The notes below the pieces were generated by a model that had not been told where the DNA came from, did no database searches, and saw nothing but the letters and a program-made list of their open reading frames with translations. Of a stretch of 48,344 nt of DNA, positions 42,821 through 48,344 are shown piece by piece (position 1 is the first letter of the stretch; every line of letters starts with the position of its first letter). The translations under genes were made by a program, and so were the position numbers. Source of the stretch: an uncultured Christensenellaceae bacterium (lineage in GTDB: Bacteria; Bacillota; Clostridia; Christensenellales; CALWSW01); the NCBI GenBank assembly GCA_944384305.1, contig CALWSW010000001.1, positions 1 to 48,344 on the forward strand, in the 5' to 3' direction.

Positions 42821-43960
42821 ATGAAACGAATCCACCTGGCGGCGCCCGCCGTAAACGGGCGGGAGATGGCATATGTGCGCGCGGCGTTTGAGAGCAACTG
42901 GCTGGCCCCCGCGGGGGCAAACCTGCCGGCGTTTGAGGGGCGGGTGGCCGCCCTGTGCGGCCGCAAAGAAGGGGTGGCACTCGCCTCGGGCACGGCAGCG
43001 CTGCACCTGGCGCTGCGCCTGGCGGGGGTGGATAACGGGGATGTGGTGTTCTGTTCGGCCCTGACCTTTGTGGCCTCGGCCAACCCCATTTTGTACCTGG
43101 GCGCGCGGCCGGTGTTTTTGGACAGTGCGCCGGGCGATTGGAACCTTTCGCCCGATGCGCTTTGGCGCGCCTTCCGGCAGTACCGGCCCAAGGCGGAGGT
43201 GGCGGTGGACCTTTACGGCACACCGGCGCGGCTTTTTGAGATCGAAGAGCTGTGCAAACAGTACGGCGCGGCGCTGGTGGAGGACGCCGCCGAGGCCTTG
43301 GGTTCGGAATTGGAGGGACGCCCGGCGGGGAGCTTTGGGGAAAGCGCCGCCCTTTCCTTCAACGGCAACAAGATCGTCACCACAGCCGGCGGCGGCATGC
43401 TGCTCACGAACGACCCCGAGCGGGCGCAGAAGGCGCGTTTTTGGGCGGCGCAGGCCAAGGAACCCGCAAAGCACTACCAGCACCGCGAGCTGGGGTACAA
43501 CTACCGGCTTTCCAACGTGCTGGCGGGCATTGGCCTGGGGCAGCTGGAAACGCTGGGGGAGTTTCTGGAAAAAAAGCGCCGCATCCGCCAAGTTTACGAG
43601 CGGGAGTTTGCGGGGCTGCCGGGGGTCTCGCTGAACCCGCTGCCCCCAAACACCCGGCCCAACTGCTGGCTGACCTGCCTGCGCATCGACCCAAAGACGG
43701 GCGTGAGGCCAGAAGCGGTGCTGCGGGCGCTGGAGGAGGAGAACATTGAGAGCCGGCCGGTTTGGAAGCCCATGCAGCTGCAGCCCCTGTACACCGGCGC
43801 GCCCTTTTTTGCCCACGAGGAGGGCAAAACGCCGGTGAGTTCGGCGCTTTACGCCCAGGGGCTCTGCCTGCCGGGGGACATCAGGTGCACTGCGGAGGAT
43901 CTTGCGCGTGTTGTGAAGGCGGTGAAGGGATGTTTTGGAAAAGAACGGGCAGGCGGCTGA
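42821..43960 (+). CDS. DegT/DnrJ/EryC1/StrS-family PLP-dependent sugar aminotransferase
   Basis: 379 aa; IHLAAPAVNGREMAYV, LASGTAALHLAL, ALSFNGNKIVTTAGGGML (PLP Lys), NYRLSNVLAGIGLGQL. Confidence 0.9.
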   Translation: MKRIHLAAPAVNGREMAYVRAAFESNWLAPAGANLPAFEGRVAALCGRKEGVALASGTAALHLALRLAGVDNGDVVFCSALTFVASANPILYLGARPVFLDSAPGDWNLSPDALWRAFRQYRPKAEVAVDLYGTPARLFEIEELCKQYGAALVEDAAEALGSELEGRPAGSFGESAALSFNGNKIVTTAGGGMLLTNDPERAQKARFWAAQAKEPAKHYQHRELGYNYRLSNVLAGIGLGQLETLGEFLEKKRRIRQVYEREFAGLPGVSLNPLPPNTRPNCWLTCLRIDPKTGVRPEAVLRALEEENIESRPVWKPMQLQPLYTGAPFFAHEEGKTPVSSALYAQGLCLPGDIRCTAEDLARVVKAVKGCFGKERAGG

Positions 43961-44559
43961 TTCTTATTGGCGCGGGCGGTCACGGACGCGCAGTTTTTGA
44001 CGCTGCGCGTCTCTCAGGGCGGCGTGTGAAGGGTTTTCTGGACGATGAAAAACGAGGAGAACGGGGAGTTTTGGGCCCTATAGCAGAGGCAGGACGCTTT
44101 GGAAAAGGAACGGAGTTTTTGCTCTGTGTGGGCGATAATGCCGCGCGCCATGCTCTTGCGGATATTTTGGGCCCTTTGTGCTATGCGAGACTGGTTCACC
44201 CGTTGGCGTACGTGTCGCCGGATGCCCGCTTAGGAGCGGGAACGGTGGTGCTGCCCTTTGCCTTTGTGGGGCCGGGGGCGGCGGTGGGGAAGCACTGCAT
44301 CGTCAACACCGCAGCGGTCGTGGAACACGACTGTGTTTTGGGGGATTTTTGTCACGTCGGCCCCCACGCGACGCTGGCCGGGGGCGCGGCGGTGGGGGAG
44401 GGCGGTTTTGTGGGGGCGGCGGCCTGCGTAAAAAACGGCCTGCGCCTTGCGCCCTGGTGCACGCTGGGCGCGGGCGGCGCGGCCGTTTGCGACCTGGGAA
44501 GCGGCACGTATGTTGGCGTGCCGGCAAGGCCGCTGGAAAAGGAAAAAGAAAAAAGGTGA
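43930..44559 (+). CDS. NeuD/PglD-type sugar N/O-acetyltransferase (left-handed beta-helix)
   Basis: ATG 43930 overlaps the upstream gene by 31 nt. LILIGAGGHGRAVFD N-terminal domain, then hexapeptide repeats (ARLGAGTVVLPFAFVGPGAAVGKHCIVNTAAVVEHDCVLGDFCHVGPHATLAGGAAVGEG). Confidence 0.85.
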   Translation: MFWKRTGRRLILIGAGGHGRAVFDAARLSGRRVKGFLDDEKRGERGVLGPIAEAGRFGKGTEFLLCVGDNAARHALADILGPLCYARLVHPLAYVSPDARLGAGTVVLPFAFVGPGAAVGKHCIVNTAAVVEHDCVLGDFCHVGPHATLAGGAAVGEGGFVGAAACVKNGLRLAPWCTLGAGGAAVCDLGSGTYVGVPARPLEKEKEKR

Positions 44560-44584
44560 AAAGCAAAAATGCCTTTCACCTTTT
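44555..44584 (+). terminator. Terminator hairpin overlapping the acetyltransferase stop codon
   Basis: GGTGAAA-agcaaaaatgcc-TTTCACC followed by TTTT. Confidence 0.5.
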
Positions 44585-44598
44585 ATAAACAGGGGGTG

Positions 44599-45537
44599 CT
44601 ACTTTCCAAGAAACTCCAGCGCGGTTTCGGCAATGCCCTTGGCGTCGAGCTTGTAGTAGGCCAACAGATCGGCGTAAGGCCCGCTGATGGCGTAGACGTG
44701 CGGCACGCCGTGGCGCTTGACGGGCACGGGGCACTCCTCGCTCAAAAGCTCGGCCACAGCGCCGCCCAGGCCGCCGTATACGTAGTGTTCTTCCACTACC
44801 ATGACCCGGCCGGTGCGCTTGGCGCACTCTACGAGCAGCTCTTTGTCGAGCGGCCACACGGTGGGCATGCCCACCAGCGTGACGTTCACGCCCTTGGACT
44901 TGAGCATGTCGGCGGCCTTGATGGCGTCCACCGTGGTGGTGCCGGTGGAAACGATGGTGAGGTCGTCGCCCGACTGGAGCACGCGGCCCTTGCCGATGAC
45001 GAATTCGGAATCCTCAAACAGCACTTCCATGGCGGGGTTGCCGATGCGCATATACACCGGGCCGACGTGTTCGACCATGGCCTTGGCGGCCGAGCGGATC
45101 TCGGTGGGGTCCTGCGGGGCCAGCACCACCATGCCGGGGATCATGCGCATGATGGCAAAGTCCTCCAGCGAGTGGTGGGTAGCGCCCAGGTCGGAGTAGG
45201 TAAAGCCGCTGTTGCGGCCCACGAGCTTGACGTTCTGGCGCATATAGCCCAGGTCGTTGCGGGCCATTTCGTAGTTGCGGCAGGTAACAAAGGGCGCGAT
45301 GGCGCAGAAGATCGGGATCTTGCCGGTGGTGGCCAGGCCGGAAGCGATGCCGGTGACGCCCTGCTCCATGATGCCGCACTCGAAGTAGCGGTCGGGGTGG
45401 TTCTTCATAAAGGCCTTGTGGCCGGAACTGCCGCCGCTGTCGGCGGACATGACGACGATGCGGTCGTCCTTCTCGGCGAGCTCATCGATGGCCGCGCCGA
45501 AGGTTTTTCTGGGATCGAGCTTATCGCCAATCATCAT
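44599..45537 (-). CDS. Transketolase, C-terminal (pyrimidine-binding) subunit
   Basis: 312 aa; FFECGIMEQGVTGIASGLA, GATHHSLEDFAIMRMIPGM; overlaps the N-terminal subunit gene stop. Confidence 0.95.
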   Translation of the reverse strand: MMIGDKLDPRKTFGAAIDELAEKDDRIVVMSADSGGSSGHKAFMKNHPDRYFECGIMEQGVTGIASGLATTGKIPIFCAIAPFVTCRNYEMARNDLGYMRQNVKLVGRNSGFTYSDLGATHHSLEDFAIMRMIPGMVVLAPQDPTEIRSAAKAMVEHVGPVYMRIGNPAMEVLFEDSEFVIGKGRVLQSGDDLTIVSTGTTTVDAIKAADMLKSKGVNVTLVGMPTVWPLDKELLVECAKRTGRVMVVEEHYVYGGLGGAVAELLSEECPVPVKRHGVPHVYAISGPYADLLAYYKLDAKGIAETALEFLGK

Positions 45538-46388
45538 TCGGCCTCCTTCACAGCAGTTTCCAGCGCGCTGATCTTGGCTTCGATTTCGGCCTTGGCGCGC
45601 TCGAGCTCATCGCCCTTGGGGGTCCAGAAGTGGCAGGCGGCGGTATCTTCCAGGAAGGAGACGCCCTTGCCCTTTACGGTGTGGGCGACCACCATGCTGG
45701 GCTTGCCCGCTTCAAAGGGCAGACTGTCGAGAGCATCGACGATTTGGCGCATGTCGTTGCCGTCGATCTCGCGCACCGCCCAGCCAAAAGCGCGGAACTT
45801 TTCGGCGATGGGTTCCATGCTCATGACGTCGGTCACGCGGCCGCTGATCTGCAGGCCGTTGTTGTCGAGGAAGGCGGTCACGTTGTCTACCTTGTGGTGC
45901 GCGGCGGCCGCGGCGGCTTCCCAGTTGGAGCCTTCGGCCAGTTCGCCGTCGCCCATGATGGCATAGACCTTAGCGCCCGTGCCCCTGAGCCCCAGCGCCA
46001 TGCCCGTGGCGATGGAAAGGCCGTGGCCCAAAGCGCCGGTATTTGCTTCCACACCGGGGAGCTTGTACATGTCGGGGTGGCCGGGCAGCTTGGTGCCGAG
46101 CGAACCGTAGGTGTCGAGAACGGCCTTGTCGAAATACCCGCGCTCGGCCAGCACGGCGTACTGCGTCATGCACTTGTGGCCGGCAGAGAGCAAAAAGCGG
46201 TCGCGGTGCTCCATCTTGGGGTTCGCCGGGTCGATGTTCATTTTGTAAAAGTACAGCGCCGTGGCGATGTCGATGGACGAGAAGGAGCCGCCGAAGTGGC
46301 CGTGGTGGCCGGCTTCGATCATGCGCAGGATATTCCTGCGGCAGCGGTAGGCGGTCAGCTCAAGCCGCAGAAGTTCAGCCTCTTTCAT
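45534..46388 (-). CDS. Transketolase, N-terminal (TPP-binding) subunit
   Basis: 284 aa; GHFGGSFSSIDI, LSAGHKCM, GALGHGLSIATGMA, IMGDGELAEGSNWEA. Confidence 0.95.
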   Translation of the reverse strand: MKEAELLRLELTAYRCRRNILRMIEAGHHGHFGGSFSSIDIATALYFYKMNIDPANPKMEHRDRFLLSAGHKCMTQYAVLAERGYFDKAVLDTYGSLGTKLPGHPDMYKLPGVEANTGALGHGLSIATGMALGLRGTGAKVYAIMGDGELAEGSNWEAAAAAAHHKVDNVTAFLDNNGLQISGRVTDVMSMEPIAEKFRAFGWAVREIDGNDMRQIVDALDSLPFEAGKPSMVVAHTVKGKGVSFLEDTAACHFWTPKGDELERAKAEIEAKISALETAVKEAE

Positions 46389-46809
46389 ATTCGTAGATCC
46401 TTTCGATCTTGGGAGCGGAGCGGGAGTTGGGGTCGAAGGTGTGGCTGAGGTATTCCTTGACCATCATCTTGGCGACTTCAATGCCGGTGACCTGAGAGCC
46501 CATGGTGATGATGTTGGCGTGGTTGCTCAGCTCGGCGCGCTGCGCCTGATAGCAGTTGTTCACGGTCGCGGCGTAAGCGCCCTTGACCTTGTTGGCGGCG
46601 ATGGCAACGCCGATGCCGGTGCCGCAGATGAGGATGCCGCGGTCGTACTTCTTGGCGGCCACAGCCTCAGCCAGGGCGATGGCGGTGTTGGCGTAAATGG
46701 GGTCGTCGCTGCCAAAGTCGGTGCACTCGTGGCCCAAAGACTCCACATAAGCCTTGATGGTGTTCTTCATTTCGGTCGCATTCGGGTCGCAGCCAATTGC
46801 AATCTTCAT
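46375..46809 (-). CDS. rpiB: Ribose-5-phosphate isomerase B (RpiB/LacAB family)
   Basis: 144 aa; MKIAIGCDPNA, ILICGTGIGVAIAANK, NHANIITMG. Confidence 0.95.
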   Translation of the reverse strand: MKIAIGCDPNATEMKNTIKAYVESLGHECTDFGSDDPIYANTAIALAEAVAAKKYDRGILICGTGIGVAIAANKVKGAYAATVNNCYQAQRAELSNHANIITMGSQVTGIEVAKMMVKEYLSHTFDPNSRSAPKIERIYEYERG

Positions 46810-46942
46810 ACCTGATTACCGTCCTTTGCCTGAATTTTGTGAAGCGGGATACCGTTCTGCTGAAACCAGATCACTTGATAATGCACATATATACAAGTTA
46901 CCCTGCATACATCATACTACAAACCAGGGCCCGAGGCAATGA

Positions 46943-47617
46943 CTATTTTGCGCCGGCCGGGCAGGGGAGCCCAAGCACGGCTTCGGCGCGGGCCTTGGCG
47001 TCGCGCTCGATCTCGCGCTGGGCGGCGAGCTCCTGCTCGAGCTTTTTTTTGCGGGCGCGCTCGGTGTCGCGGTTGCGCCGGGCCTTGATGGCCAGCATGC
47101 CCCGCAGCTCTTCGATATTGTTTGCCCCGAACTGGTCGGCGCACAGCAAAATGAGCTGGGCGCAGGCCGTGGCGTCGCCGATGGCGTTGTGGTGGTTGAG
47201 CTCCAGGCCAAATTCTTCCGCCAGGCTGTTGAGGCGGTGGTGGGGCAGCTCCGGCCAGGCGATGCGCGACATTTCGACCGAGCAGAAGGGGTCTACCTTG
47301 GGCATTTTGAGCCCGCGGGCTTCGCAGGAAGCGCGCAGCACGGCGATGTCGAAGGCGGCGTTGTGCGCGGCGATGACCTGCCCGTCGAACAGGCGGAAGA
47401 GCTCGGGGTAAAGATCGGCAAAGGTGGGCGCCTGGCGCACGGCGCTTTCGGTGATGCCGTGAATATAGCAGCAGTAGCGCTGAAAGCTCATGTGCGGGTT
47501 GATGAGGGAATAGCGCCGTTCGACGATGGCGCCCTCCCGCACGACGGCAATGCCCAAGGAGCAGGCGCTGTTGCGGCTGCCGTTGGCGGTCTCAAAATCG
47601 ATAGCAATAAAATTCAT
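46943..47617 (-). CDS. DEDDh 3'-5' exonuclease (DNA polymerase III epsilon-like) with a charged C-terminal tail
   Basis: FIAIDFETANG (Exo I), AHNAAFDIAVL (Exo II), HHNAIGDATA (Exo III, H-x4-D). The last ~50 aa are a Lys/Arg/Glu-rich helix. Confidence 0.85.
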   Translation of the reverse strand: MNFIAIDFETANGSRNSACSLGIAVVREGAIVERRYSLINPHMSFQRYCCYIHGITESAVRQAPTFADLYPELFRLFDGQVIAAHNAAFDIAVLRASCEARGLKMPKVDPFCSVEMSRIAWPELPHHRLNSLAEEFGLELNHHNAIGDATACAQLILLCADQFGANNIEELRGMLAIKARRNRDTERARKKKLEQELAAQREIERDAKARAEAVLGLPCPAGAK

Positions 47618-47688
47618 CCATCCTTACCTCGGGCAACATTATACCACCGAAAGACCGCGCGAACAACCAGAAGGGAGGAAAGAAGGGC

Positions 47689-48344
47689 ATGGAAAGCGGA
47701 GGTTTGCTCATTTTGGGGGCGGGGGGCCTGTTGGGCAGCGAGCTTGCGGCGCTGCGAAAGGAGGCTTTGCGCCCGTCGCACGAAGAGCTGGATCTGACAG
47801 AGCGGGGGGCGGCGCTGGCGTATTTGAAAGCCCGCCGGCCCGCAGCCGTGATCAACTGCGCGGCGGCGGCCGGCGTTGACCGCTGCGAACACGAGCCCGA
47901 GTGGGCCTATCTGCTGAACGCCCGGGCGGCGGCGGAGCTGGCGGCGGCCTGCAAAGCCTGCGGGGCGCATTTGGTGCACATCAGCACCGACTACGTGTTT
48001 GACGGACGCGCCCGGACGCCGTTAAAAGAGGAGGCGCCCGCGCGGCCGCTGAACCATTACGGCCGCAGCAAGCGATTGGGGGAGCGGGCGGTTTTGCGCC
48101 AGGGCGGGTGCGTGCTGCGGCTGCAGTGGCTGTACGGCGCGGGGCGGCGGGGGTTTGTGGACTGGGTGGAAGCCTGCGCCGGGCGCGGCGAGGTGCGGGC
48201 GGTGTGCGACTGCTTTGGCGCGCCCACCTGGGCGCGGGAGGGGGCGCGCATGGCGCTCGTGCTCAGCGCGGCGCGGGCGGCGGGCGTGGTACACGGCGCC
48301 TGCGAAGGGATGACGAGCTGGATGGGTTTTGCGCGGGAGGTTTT
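47689..48344 (+). CDS. rmlD: dTDP-4-dehydrorhamnose reductase (RmlD family), 3'-truncated by window end
   Basis: This open-ended frame is not in the ORF track. My translation is MESGGLLILGAGGLLGSEL..., VINCAAAAGVDRCE, HISTDYVFDG, PLNHYGRSK (YxxxK), with no stop before 48344. Confidence 0.85.
   Translation, partial: MESGGLLILGAGGLLGSELAALRKEALRPSHEELDLTERGAALAYLKARRPAAVINCAAAAGVDRCEHEPEWAYLLNARAAAELAAACKACGAHLVHISTDYVFDGRARTPLKEEAPARPLNHYGRSKRLGERAVLRQGGCVLRLQWLYGAGRRGFVDWVEACAGRGEVRAVCDCFGAPTWAREGARMALVLSAARAAGVVHGACEGMTSWMGFAREV

Overview
GC-rich, Clostridia-like chromosomal window (GGAGG-type ribosome-binding sites, split transketolase, LL-DAP pathway). By eye, long antisense ORFs are common, as expected for high GC, and I treated them as artefacts. 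Layout: (1) 1-7450, a complete type I-C CRISPR-Cas operon on the minus strand: cas3, cas5, cas8c (with a probable internal cas11c start), cas7, cas4, cas1 and the first 7 codons of cas2. Any array downstream of cas2 is outside the window. (2) 7451-8104, an unusual ~650-bp non-coding region upstream of cas3. It holds a two-repeat/one-spacer type I-C mini-array, an orphan half-repeat followed about 38 nt later by a terminator hairpin, and further repeat-derived fragments. This is the best candidate for something new, possibly a CreR/CreA-like cas-regulating or guarding RNA. (3) 8504-19882, an 11-gene minus-strand operon, mdh-fumC-hdrB-hdrC-hdrA-mvhD-flxC/B/A-like-frdB-like-frdA-like. I read it as a soluble Hdr/Flx-coupled, possibly electron-bifurcating, fumarate reductase wired to the reductive C4 branch. 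(4) 20172-25606, a SorC/DeoR-type regulator divergent from an aldolase-deoC-FGGY kinase-SDR sugar operon. (5) Housekeeping and accessory genes: K+/H+ antiporter, DUF89, a His/Cys-rich CobW metallochaperone pair, lipoprotein, an esterase with Ser-to-Asn at the nucleophile, tRNA-Thr(CGU), radC, orphan ABC binding protein, malQ, dapF, dapL, a 1083-aa LTD x4-CotH protein, DegT aminotransferase, NeuD/PglD-type acetyltransferase, split transketolase, rpiB, a DEDDh exonuclease and a partial rmlD. All family assignments come from reading motifs by eye, with no database searches. Start codons were re-evaluated against Shine-Dalgarno spacing and several differ from the ORF track.
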